Assembly: GCF_964355755.1 (NCBI RefSeq)
Contig: NC_092672.1
Location: forward strand, 35,966,437-36,030,436
DNA: 64,000 bases
DNA from: Antedon mediterranea
Taxonomy: Eukaryota; Animalia; Echinodermata
Direction: 5' to 3'
The notes beneath the pieces were generated by a model that had not been told where the DNA came from, searched no databases, and was given only the letters and a program-made list of their open reading frames with translations. Position numbers and translations under genes: made by a program. How positions within the stretch are numbered: position 1 is the stretch's first letter; every line of letters starts with the position of its first letter. This document shows positions 1-10,885 of this stretch, piece after piece.

Positions 1-454
1 GATAGTTGAATGTCATTTTGAAATAATTTTGGTTGGGAGCTAATTTGGTTAATTTGGGAAACCTGGTTCACATGTTACAGTGGTTCATTTAAACTATATC
101 ATGTTTTTTTTAATTAGGCAATTGTAGACACAAATATTCATTCATTCATTCATTCATTTATTCGTTTTATTTCACAATGCATCACACTTGATAAGTTGTT
201 ACAGATTAATTAAAAGTATTAAATAAAAGATGCAAAGCCTGATAATGATTGTATCAAATAAAAACAAACAAGACTTAAATCTAAGTAAATAAGATCAGAC
301 AAGTAGTAGTAATAATATAACAATATTAAAAAAAATAATAATACATTTTTAATTACACAATGTTAAGTACCTTTTCGTTATCTCAGTCTCAATCATGTTT
401 CTTATATTTGTTATTATTAATGTAAATATCACACAATTGTTTGTTTCCACACAG

Positions 455-523
455 ATATTTGTGAGCACTGTGGCTTTTGGTACAAATGGACATTCACTCA
501 ATGCTAGCTACAAATCCTCTGAG
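455..523 (+). CDS. BRIP1: BRIP1/FANCJ helicase, internal exon (first in window), IFVSTVAFGTNGHSLNASYKSSE
   Basis: cag|ATA...GAG|gtagg, phase 0/0; resembles human BRIP1 [23 protein letters not shown] (recalled). Confidence 0.88.
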
Positions 524-1917
524 GTAGGTTAACCCAATGTAAAAAATTAATTAGTTTTTTCAAGTAAAAAGTCAAACTTCAAACATTACAATAACTTAAG
601 TCATGAGGAAAAGGTAGCCCACTTTAGACTAAACACTTTAATTGTGAGGCCAAAGCAACATAATATGAAAAGAAAAATTAAAACAGAAAAAAAATTGAAA
701 TTGTGACATTTGACTTAACACTCCTTTAACGTTATACAGCACAGTTAAAAATTACTGCAACGTTACCCATGGTCCAGCTTCATGTCTATGAGGTATTGTG
801 TTTTGATCGTGATTCTAGAAGATGTATTGTTTTTGATTGCGATCAATTTTTAAATAACCAACGAAGTACCACGCACCCAACGCCACATAGATGCTACATA
901 AGCTGCTACATAACCATTATAAGTTAAGATATATGTTTTGCTTAGAGAATGAAATTAATTAATTCATTTATCTTGTGACCATAAATTGCTTTATTTTTCA
1001 ATGTAATTATTATTTTGTTAATTGCTAGGGGCCAGAGGCCTAAAGTAAATAAAGTCAGGCGATAAGCCTGAATGAATTATTATATTTCTTAATGCTCATC
1101 ATTATAATTCTGTTGATGAAACCACTGTTTAGATTCGAACCCACAGCCTTGAATTTAATTCTAAACCTGAACCCTTTAGAATGTACCAGATACATCAAGA
1201 CATTTTTAATGAACAGACCAGATGTAATCTCATGGCTCCACATTGGTTCCTGCAGATAGCCAGGTTTAAATTGTCATTTGACATCTTCTGCAGCCCCTCC
1301 CAATCATTGGGCATCATTACTTGTTCCTGGGTTTAATTGTTTGGGTCATTAGTGGTTTTTGAGGTTGTCTTTAAGCTATCATGAGTTAATTGGCAATTGC
1401 AATTGCCTATTAATGTGTTTTAATTGATTGTAAAGGCCAATGATTGCTTTTCTGAATGTTTTATGTACTGTTGAATCTCTCAAAAGCTTAGGTCTACTTT
1501 TAACTACGGTACTTGTTAGATTTTAGCTAAGGCTGCCTTTATTAAAAGATCAAAATTGTAATTATATTTGTTATCATTTTACTAATTTGTCAGAAAAAAA
1601 TTAGTAGTGCACATTTGTTTTGTTTATATATTTAGGCAAATTGCCAAGGATAACCATAAGTGAATTCATTCACTATTCTTCTTAAAGGTGGCAATCCTGT
1701 TCACAAGACAAACGTATACACAAGATGCTCTACATAAACAAAGTCTTATACTAGTCTTTGGGAGTGGAGTTGTAATTTGACATTAGAAAAAAATCCTGAC
1801 ATGACAGGACTTGAAACCAGGACCCTTAGAATCATAACCACCACGCATAAATTAACAATCGGCAGTATCAATTTATGAAAGATATCTTTTGATAAAATGT
1901 AATATCTATTTTGATAG

Positions 1918-2040
1918 TCGTATAGTTTCCAAGACGAGGTAGGGAATCTACTGCTTCAGGTGAGTCGCATCATTCCGTACGGAGTACTCATGTTCTTCCC
2001 GTCTTACAGTATGATGTCAAAGTTGGAAGAACGCTGGAAG
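1918..2040 (+). CDS. BRIP1: BRIP1/FANCJ exon with helicase motif IV, SYSFQDEVGNLLLQVSRIIPYGVLMFFPSYSMMSKLEERWK
   Basis: tag|TCG...AAG|gtaac; GVLMFFPSY is XPD-family motif IV and FQDEVG matches FANCJ. Confidence 0.95.
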
Positions 2041-2085
2041 GTAACTTTGTCAATTTAATACCATATATGGCAGAGTGTAATTCCA

Positions 2086-2223
2086 AGCTCTGTCTACACT
2101 ATAAAACTAGTTCGACAAAAAAAGTGTGATGTGCCCAAATATGGTAGTGACATGACATCATCGTGTCCATATATGGGCACATCACATTTTTGTCACATAA
2201 AGTTTGATAGTGTATACAAAGTT
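2086..2223. mobile_element. MITE family A (Harbinger/Tourist-like, ~150 bp)
   Basis: TIR agctctgtctacactatcaaact, internal tgtgatgtgccca / tgggcacatcaca. Confidence 0.85.
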
Positions 2224-2389
2224 TTAGTGTTATCCATTTAGGCTAAATTTTAGAAACAAGACTTTGGTAAAACCATTGCTAATACAGTCTATAATTCCAC
2301 CCCCTAATTTTGGCCATATGTTGTTCCCCTGGAACAATTGTATACTTTGTCATATACAGTATTAAAATTATTGCCAATTTGTATTCTTA

Positions 2390-2539
2390 AGCTCTGTCTA
2401 CACTATCAAACTTTATGTGACAAAAATTTGATGTATCCATATATGGACATGAAGATGTCATTTCACTACCATATTTGAGCACATCACTACCATATTTGGG
2501 CACATCACACTTTTTTAGTTTGATAGTGTAGACAACGCT
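2390..2539. mobile_element. MITE family A
   Basis: both TIRs, TTA flanks. Confidence 0.85.
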
Positions 2540-3429
2540 TTAATGTTAATTTTTTTACTGTAATACTGCTTGAGATTGTTTTATACCGTTTTTTATTAGA
2601 CGTACTTACATTTGCACTTTTAAAAAGTTCATTTTTTACTACAGGAAAGTTAATTGTGATTTATTGCCATATTAACACCATTTGATAATGGGCAACAATG
2701 GTATGTGTATTTAATAGACCTATAATGAAATTACACAGTAATTTAAAGGAATTCCCTTTTATTGATTTATGTATCCAGGTAGTTAGCACGCACTCTGGTG
2801 TCTTATTTGTGTAAATGTTGTCATTATTTTGTGGTTATGGTGTAAGTTAGGTGCTGGGGCCCACACACAAACTTACTTAGTATTTGCCCTGCCTTAACCT
2901 TTAGTAAATGTTAAGAGAGGAAGTTACTACGAAATATGCAAGTTATTATGAAATATGTAAGTTATGTCTTTGTGAACGGAATAAGCAAATCAATATCTAG
3001 TTCAGTATCTTCATAATAATATCATGACCCTTTTTCTTCTGTCCATAAATTTTGGTGAGTTTGGTTTTAGACTTCATTTGAATTAGCAAATTGTTAGAAT
3101 TTATAGAGCAACACAACAGAAGAAGTTGACGGTAGTTACAACAGTATTCTGCTTTTTCTTTATCACGTCGATCCCTGCGAACCAACTAATACCTTTGTAT
3201 TGAAATCGTGTATTATATTTAAATATTTGAGTTATTAAATATTTGAGTTATTAAATATTTGAGTTATTAAATTTTATGGAACTAGAAATGTTATTATAGT
3301 TTTTATATTTATAGTAGTTTTTTATTTTATTTTATTTTATTTTAAAAACCAGAAACAACAGCAGAAACAAATCCGCCACTTACAGCTTGGTTTAACAGAT
3401 AATAATTATAATTGAATGTTTATGATATG

Positions 3430-3522
3430 TATTTGTGTACTGTTTGTATTGTATTGTTGAGGGCCCCAATGATCAGCTTTGCTGGATGGGCTACCCTCAT
3501 GGTTTAATAAAACAAAATAAAA
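3430..3522 (+). mobile_element. LINE-like 3' tail; second copy inverted at ~26875-27290
   Basis: gagggccccaatgatcagctttgctggatgggctaccctcatggtttaataaaa; near-identical reverse complement at 26915-26965. Confidence 0.6.
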
Positions 3523-3797
3523 AGTCCAAGAGTGTGCAGAGTTGACTATTTTACTAAAGTCGTTTTATTGAAATAGAGAAACTTACTGTCCATTGATAAT
3601 CCAGAAATACCTAATGCATAAAATGATCAACTCTACGAAAGCGAATAAAGTCGCCCTAACCGAGATTAAACTTTTTTGCTTTATGTGCAGACATTGTATT
3701 TTTGTGAATGATTGTGAATCGATACAAACATACTATTTAACAGAAATGTCCTACCGGGGTCCTACCCTAATATTATTTTTCTGTTTTCTGTTTTTAG

Positions 3798-3939
3798 AAC
3801 ACTGGTTTATGGGATAAGTTGAACGAACTGAAGGTCGTCTTATCCGAGCCACGAGGGAATAACAAAAACGAGTTTGATGATTTGTTAAAGCAGTTCTATG
3901 ATGTCATCAAAGAGTGCGAGCAAATGGAGCAGGTCAAAG
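3798..3939 (+). CDS. BRIP1: BRIP1/FANCJ exon, NTGLWDKLNELKVVLSEPRGNNKNEFDDLLKQFYDVIKECEQMEQVK
   Basis: ttttag|AAC...AAAG|gtcag, phase 0/1; TGLW..L...K....EP.G..K..FD.LL..(F/Y)YD matches FANCJ. Confidence 0.93.
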
Positions 3940-4405
3940 GTCAGTAAATATTGATAGAACTTTTAATATTAATTATGATTACATTACACATGATTACATT
4001 AGGACAAATAATAATAACAATAATATGCTTTATTTAAACATGTTTTTTTACAAATCAATAGAGAGAGACCTAAAAACAAAAATTCTGTTAAAAAATAATC
4101 TGTTCTAAATCTGATGTAAAAGAATTTATATATGTACATATCTATATTTATAGGCTTCAGAAACATTTCTCTTTAGCTGTTTACTTTTTGTTTTGACTGC
4201 GATCCACACATTGTCATTACCATACCATTGATTTTACTTTCTATGGATTTCCTTTGGATTTATATATTTTATCCTAATTCAGTAGCTTGGCCATGCCAAC
4301 ATTTTTTTTTCAACTTTGTCTGGTGGCAGGAAAAAGCCACTAATTTTTTTAGATTGCAAATAGTTTGTTTAACATTATAAACAAGAATTTAATGTTTTTC
4401 CCTAG

Positions 4406-4518
4406 ATCCCAGTAGTGATAATCCTGCTAAGAGTGGAGCCGTGTTTTTGGCAGTTTGTCGTGGCAAAGTGAGTGAAGGAATGGACTTCACAGATAACAAT
4501 GCCAGAGTTGTACTAACA
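4406..4518 (+). CDS. BRIP1: BRIP1/FANCJ exon with helicase motif [39 protein letters not shown]
   Basis: cctag|AT...ACA|gtaag, phase 1/0; [16 protein letters not shown] is diagnostic of the FANCJ/RTEL1 group. Confidence 0.96.
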
Positions 4519-4523
4519 GTAAG

Positions 4524-4735
4524 ATTTATTGATTATTGACATTTATTGATTATTGATTAATATTTAAGTTATTGATTATTGATAAATGTTTTAATTATTT
4601 ATTTAGTATTTGAGTTATTGATTATTAATTAAATTTTAACTTATTGATTATTGATTAATATTTGACTTATTGATTATTGATTAATATTTAACTTATTGAT
4701 TATTGATTAATATTTGACTTATTGATTATTTGACT
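4524..4735. repeat. degenerate AT-rich tandem repeat (ttattgattattgattaatatttgac)
   Basis: direct reading. Confidence 0.8.
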
Positions 4736-4980
4736 AGATTGAGATGGTAGGTGACATGATATTTCCTCATTTGATTACTTGTTAAATAAATGGAACATTT
4801 CATTTCATTATTTATTTTGTATTTTTCAATATTTAAATTACAAAAAAAAAATTAATTGGGAAGACCAGAATCAACCACTAACTAAATCACTGTGGCAAGT
4901 CTGGTTGATACAAAACATTATGATCCATATAAAACACAAAGAAATTACTTTTTTTGACCAAGAGATATTTTGTTTATTAG

Positions 4981-5144
4981 GTCGGGATACCATTTCCTAA
5001 TTTCAAAGACAAACAAGTTGAACTTAAGAGACAATATAATGACAAGTATACAGCAGAGAAAGGCTTGCTGACGGGATCCGCTTGGTATGAGATTCAGGCT
5101 TACAGGGCCTTAAACCAGGCACTTGGACGCTGTATCAGGCATAA
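4981..5144 (+). CDS. BRIP1: BRIP1/FANCJ exon with helicase motif [56 protein letters not shown]
   Basis: ttag|GTC...CATAA|gtacg, phase 0/2; VELKRQYND and [20 protein letters not shown] match human BRIP1 as recalled. Confidence 0.97.
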
Positions 5145-5182
5145 GTACGATATTTTAAAAATATGTATCAGCTCTAGCTTTA

Positions 5183-5958
5183 AGACCAATTTACACAGAT
5201 GAGCGGTAACGGTAATAAAAATATGGAATCTATGACCCCATTTACACTTACGATTTAGGCCGGCCCTGGGTCGGCCCTGGGTCGGCAATTGATAAGTGTA
5301 AATATTCCAAAAAGTTAGGACGGACGCAGATCTGGGCCACCTCTCCAGGTAGGTTCAGGAGCGGCTTTTACGTTTGGGCCGCCTTACGCAGTGAACTGTG
5401 AACAATGTTTGACCTTTTTATGAGGTTGTTGTTATGACGATCCGACATTTTCAGTACATACCTTCCTCCTTTTCGGGCGACAATTTGTTTTCTTCATCAT
5501 TTATATAGTTAAATTTATTTTCAGACATCTTCTTTCAATAAAGTATTCCTCTGCTTGTTTCGCATATACATAAAATACAGCCATATTATATATAAAACAG
5601 TGGAGTTCATTTTGTTTTTAATGGGACAAAAAAACAACAATACAGTATAAATATAAAACGGTCGGTTCGCGCGGAGAGTTGAATTGACGATCGAGAGAGA
5701 AAAATTTAAACAAACTGTACTTTGTATCCCAGCATGCAATGGTACTTCCGATAAAATTATTTACGACCAGTAATCTGCGTCGCTAGTGTAAACGCTCTGG
5801 GGCCGGCCTAAAAGGTAAATATTTGCAACCGGCCCTGGACCCAAACGTAAGTATAAATGGGGTCTATGTTATTTCTTATGACCATTTACACACAACGTGG
5901 AGCGGTTTCAACTCTAGATAATACAGAATCTACATTGTTCGTCTGTGTAAATTGGCCT
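5183..5958. mobile_element. PIF/Harbinger-type MITE (outer element of a nested pair)
   Basis: TIR agaccaatttacacagatga / tcgtctgtgtaaattggcct, TTA on both sides. Confidence 0.75.
5234..5864. mobile_element. PIF/Harbinger-type non-autonomous element nested in 5183-5958
   Basis: TIR gaccccatttacacttacg / cgtaagtataaatggggtc, TAT duplicated, subterminal ccggccctgg repeats. Confidence 0.8.
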
Positions 5959-5996
5959 TTAGGCTCAAATAAACATTATTCATGTAACTATATCTC

Positions 5997-6888
5997 TCTC
6001 TCAACAGTGATTTAGTTCACTTTTGGGGTGCCCTGTCTCATGTTCTGAGTCTCACAACAGTGATTTAGTTCATTTTTGGGGTGCCCTGTCTCATGTTCTG
6101 AGTCTCTCAACAGTGATTTAGTTCACTTTGGGGTGCCCTGTCTCATGTTCTGAGTCTCTCAACAGTGATTTAGTTCACTTTTGGGGTGCCCTGTCTCATG
6201 TTCTGAGTCTCTCAACAGTGATTTAGTTCACTTTGGGGTGCCCTGTCTCATGTTCTGAGTCTCTCAACAGTGATTTAGTTCACTTTTGGGGTGCCCTGTC
6301 TCATGTTCTGAGTCTCTCAACAGTGATTTAGTTCACTTTTGGGGTGCCCTGTCTCATGTTCTGAGTCTCTCAACAGTGATTTAGTTCACTTTGGGGTGCC
6401 CTGTCTCATGTTCTGAGTCTCTCAACAGTGATTTAGTTCACTTTTGGGGTGCCCTGTCTCATGTTCTGAGTCTCTCAACAGTGATTTAGTTCACTTTTGG
6501 GGTGCCCTGTCTCATGATCTGAGTCTCTCAACAGTGATTTAGTTCACTTTTGGGGTGCCCTGTCTCATGTTCTGAGTCTCTCAACAGTGATTTAGTTCAC
6601 TTTGGGGTGCCCTGTCTCATGTTCTGAGTCTCTCAACAGAGATTTAGTTCACTTTGGGGTGCCCTGTCTCATGTTCTGAGTCTCTCAACAGTGATTTAGT
6701 TCACTTTTGGGGTGCCCTGTCTCATGTTCTGAGTCTCTCAACAGTGATTTAGTTCACTTTGGGGTGCCCTGTCTCATGTTCTGAGTCTCTCAACAGTGAT
6801 TTAGTTCACTTTTGGGGTGCCCTGTCTCATGTTCTGAGTCTCTCAACAGTAATTTAGTTCACTTTGGGGTGCCCTGTCTCATGTTCTG
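5997..6888. repeat. intronic minisatellite, 52/53-bp unit, ~17 copies
   Basis: unit tctctcaacagtgatttagttcactt(t)tggggtgccctgtctcatgttctgag, nearly invariant. Confidence 0.97.
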
Positions 6889-6975
6889 GCTGTTATTTAT
6901 TATGTTTGTGTATTGTATTGTTTTGTTTATTGTTTTGAGACGAATAAATGAATTGAAAATGAAATTTTAATTTAG

Positions 6976-7043
6976 AAATGATTGGGGATCTTTGATACTT
7001 GTTGATGAACGATATGGAAGAAATCCAACTAAATATATATCTG
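6976..7043 (+). CDS. BRIP1: BRIP1/FANCJ exon, [23 protein letters not shown]
   Basis: tttag|A AAT...TCT G|gtaac, phase 2/1; NDWG.LILVD.R motif. Confidence 0.95.
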
Positions 7044-7121
7044 GTAACTATCTCTATCTCCAACTTTAATATCAATTTTATTTACTATCTATTTTAGATT
7101 CATTCTGATTTGCAAAAATTA

Positions 7122-7421
7122 AGACCTGTCTACACTATCAAACTTTATGTGACAAAAAAATTTGATGTGCCCATATATTCTTTTAGTTAAAAATAAATTA
7201 AATAAAAACTGTTTCTGGGATCGGAGGAAGAAGTAAAAGAACTTGTCAACTACTAACCTCTAAACAAGAAAAAAAAAACAAAAAGCAACTGCATGACCAA
7301 TCATTAGCTAATGGTAGATCTAAAAATTATAATCCTACCATATTTAAGCATATCACTACCATATTTGAGCACATCGCCCTTTTTTTTTTATCAAACTGGC
7401 ATGATAGTGTAGACAAAACTT
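7122..7421. mobile_element. MITE family A split by a ~160-bp insertion
   Basis: left half 7122-7177, right half 7336-7421; insert contains an A-run. Confidence 0.7.
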
Positions 7422-7657
7422 TACAGCATACTTCAAAATCAAATACTGTATAATTTTCTAGTCAAGCTGCCTGTCCATCAAGCTCTGTATGATTGAGATT
7501 TTCAACCATACACTTAAGTTGTTTCCTTATCAAAAAATATTTAAAAACCATCGTTCCCATCGACTTGGGATACGCCAGCTGTTAGGGAGTGCTTTGTGTG
7601 TGTTTTCATCAATTATTTTGAGTAGATTTAACAAGAAGTTTTTTCACCATTTTTAAG

Positions 7658-7766
7658 GACTTTCAAAGTGGATCAGAAACAATGTTATTCATATCAAATA
7701 CGCTGGTGAACTATTACAATCACTTGAAGGATTTGCCAAAGAGAGAAAGGAGAAACAAAATGAAAG
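7658..7766 (+). CDS. BRIP1: BRIP1/FANCJ exon, end of helicase core, GLSKWIRNNVIHIKYAGELLQSLEGFAKERKEKQNE
   Basis: ttaag|GA CTT...GAA AG|gtaat, phase 1/2; GLSKW(V/I)R motif. Confidence 0.93.
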
Positions 7767-8162
7767 GTAATCAATTGGAATCAGTCCAATCAATTCCTTT
7801 TTTTAAAGAAAGAAAAGTTGTTTGTTTTTTGACGCAAGCTGAAACCATTCTCTTTCCTCTTTGTAAGTCTCTCGTCTTAAATTTCGAACAGATTATAGAA
7901 ATTCATTGATATAACAGATTCCATTTTAGTAATAAACACACCTTTTATTTCAAACATTTAATTTGTGGATCAAACTTTCTTTACTCCAAAGTTATGTTTT
8001 TATGAATTTTGTTTAAAAAAAAAGTTAATTATTAATAACTTTTTGTTTTTTGTATTTTGACATAAGCTGATACCAACAATACATGCCAGTTTCGATTTAC
8101 GAACAATGATTAAATACTGTATATATTACGAAAACAAACATGGCAACAATATCACGTTTATA

Positions 8163-8322
8163 AGGTTTATCGCAAATAGCTTGCACAATGCATGATGGGA
8201 AGGGTTTGGGAGCAAACGTCACGACGCGTACGTACAAACAACAAATCACGTACGTACGCGTTGTGACGTTTGCTCCCAAATCCTTCCCACCATACATCGC
8301 ACACGCTATTTGCGATAAACCT
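8163..8322. mobile_element. fold-back MITE-like inverted repeat (~73-bp arms, short loop)
   Basis: aggtttatcgcaaatagc...gctatttgcgataaacct, arms pair over their whole length, flanked by TA. Confidence 0.75.
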
Positions 8323-9027
8323 TATTGCTGATACCATACAAACATTTCAAAATACTATATAATATATACTATATAAATATCAGAACTAACATCGTGGTAT
8401 TCTCTTTCCACTCCTAACTTAAGAATGCCCAAATTATGAATTTAATTATTCATATCGTGAAAAGAAACTAGTTTTCAGTTTGATAACGATCATTGTTCAT
8501 TGCTGCTTTGTCAAAATTTTGTCTCTGATTAAGGATTTTTTTAAGATTACCCAGTGTTCTATCTTTATACGAAGTTCGTTCAAGCGTATTTTACGTGAGA
8601 ACAAACCCCTATCAATCGGTCACACACGATTAGAGATGATTTGCAATGCTAGGATCACGCCTTCAATGACGCTAATTGATCTCATTATTAGTCTATTACC
8701 TCGAAAATTGTTTAACGTTACCTTGAATGCGTATCCAGATTGTTATTGTTGTCGTTTATCGCGAACATCTAGACTTCTCGATTACTATTTCTAATTGGAT
8801 TTATGCTGATTGTTATTGAAGATATTGAAATTTATTCTTTATGACCACTCGTATAATTCTGTTTTTATTTAAATCAAAAATTGAAGTATTCAAAGAAAAT
8901 TGTTTTTTGTGAAGTTCTAGAAATTTTCAAAAGTAGCAGCATCTAAATTTACACAAACAGTGTCCATTATTTGTGGGTATTCAAAGAAAATTGTTTAGTT
9001 TATTGAAAACTTTTCTCTTCATTTCAG

Positions 9028-10447
9028 TCTTAATGTATCATCGTTACCAATGACTCCATCACAAGTGATACAAACAAATATTACCCATAATGCAACCCCT
9101 CAGTCTCCAGCAACTTCGTATCAAACCAATAGCACTACAACCCTTGGAAAGAAACCCACATTTGCAGCTCTACAGACACTTTTAAAAGCAAAAGTAGAAC
9201 AAAACAGTTTAGAGTCCCATAGTTCTGTGCAACCTTTTCCTCAGACTCCTGTTCAAAATGTGCTTAAGAGTCATGCTCAAACTCCTTTACAAACGATAAC
9301 GCAGACTCCAGTCCAAGATACGCCTAAAGCTGCAGCTCATACCACTCCTCAGGCTTCTGGCCAAGCCATCAAGTATGTGCAACCTCAACCTGTTTCTCCA
9401 CAAAACGTAATCATAGCCACAGAAGCAACTCCAAAGATGTTCCAAGTCCAGCAGTTCCTACGAGATGCTAATGGCAAAATGCAAGATGTTCGACAGTTTG
9501 TGAAATTGGCTCCATACCAGGCGCTAATTAAAATTCAAGAGAACGGAATTGATAAACTTTTAGTTGTTGATTTACCTAAACCAGTTTTACCAAAAACTCC
9601 TGCAACCATTTCAAATGGGTTACCTGCCATCCCAACCGTTCAAAGACAACTACTAGTTACACCAGCTGCTCTGGTTCCTAATTCCAATCCAATCACTTCA
9701 TCAAGTCTGGATTTCTCGAATGGCAGTAACACTGATCTCACAAATAGTTCTTTACAGAATGACATGTTCTTAAAAGCAGAGTTAGAGGTAAATAAGAAAG
9801 CTGGTGAAAGTGTCTGTAAGAAAAATGGAATAAAAAATCAATATATAAAGATTGAGTATGAGCAACCAAATTTAGAAAAATCTTCAAAAGAACTCCTTCT
9901 GAATGAAAGAAAACAAATTTCTAATGATTTAAAAAAGACTCCTTACAAATTTGTTGATATTCCTCCAGAAAATAAAACTGATAGTCCAGATGATGTTCAG
10001 GGAACACCAGAACTCTTTGACACTGAGTCTTTACCATCACGTGATGCTTCACCAGTAATGAAAAATGAAAAGGTTAAGAATGAACTAATAGAATTGGGTT
10101 TGGTCGATGATGAGAAACCCAACCAGATCGAAAAGGATTCAAATGCTCAGTCAAAACCAATTACAAGAAAAAAGCTCTTCAGAAGAACAAAAGAAAACTT
10201 GAACATTGATATGAATATTAATGGAGAATTTAAAAACAACATTGTAGAGAGTAATGGTCAACATAAAAAGGACATTGTGGAAAGTAACGGTCAACCCAAA
10301 AAGGACATTGTGGTGAATAACGGTCAACAGGAAAACGATTCTATTGAAAGCCCACTTATAACACGAAGATCGAGAAGAAGGAGATTAGGAAGTGAACAAG
10401 GAAAGAAGATGAGAGATCTTCTGGATGATTTGGATCCTAGTGGAGAG
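9028..10447 (+). CDS. BRIP1: BRIP1/FANCJ large exon encoding a low-complexity, S/T/P/Q-rich then acidic/basic disordered region
   Basis: tttcag|T CTT...GAG|gtaagt, phase 2/0; contains ORF 9050-10471 in the frame required by the previous exon; TPELFD motif and an NLS-like RRSRRRR. Confidence 0.9.
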
Positions 10448-10724
10448 GTAAGTGGATCATTTAATCAATAAACCAATCAATCAACCAATCAACTAATCAA
10501 TCAATCAATTAACATCAATCAGTTTATATGCCTATAGCCTGTATTATTCCAATGCTTTATTGATTAAATACTGTAGTATATAGTTTAAAGGTAAACTTTT
10601 TTAAATAGATGTAGAATTTATTTGATGTTTAGCAAGTAGTGAAATGTTGTTAGTAGTGTAGCATTTTAATGTTTAAGTTTCATATTCTCTTCTAAGCATT
10701 TCTTTTTTTTTGCTGAACATTGAA

Positions 10725-10885
10725 AGCTTTGTCTACACTATCAAACTAGTTTGACAAAAAAAGTGTGATGTGCCCAGACATGATTGTGATATGCTCAAGT
10801 ACGGTAGTGATATAGCATCATCATGTCCATATATGGGCACATCACATTTTGTTGTCAAATAAAGTTTGATAGTGTAGACAGAGCT
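10725..10885. mobile_element. MITE family A
   Basis: both TIRs. Confidence 0.85.

Noticed and set aside
1055-1330. Minus-strand 62-aa ORF with coding-like composition
   Set aside because: No recognisable motif or splice context; possibly a decayed retroelement piece, but unsupported.
5997-6888. CRISPR-like appearance of the regular arrays (also 20211-22414 and 38319-38939)
   Set aside because: Units are contiguous with no unique spacers, there are no cas genes and the context is eukaryotic.
455-7766. Alternative assignment to RTEL1, DDX11 or XPD
   Set aside because: [39 protein letters not shown] and GLSKW match FANCJ specifically.
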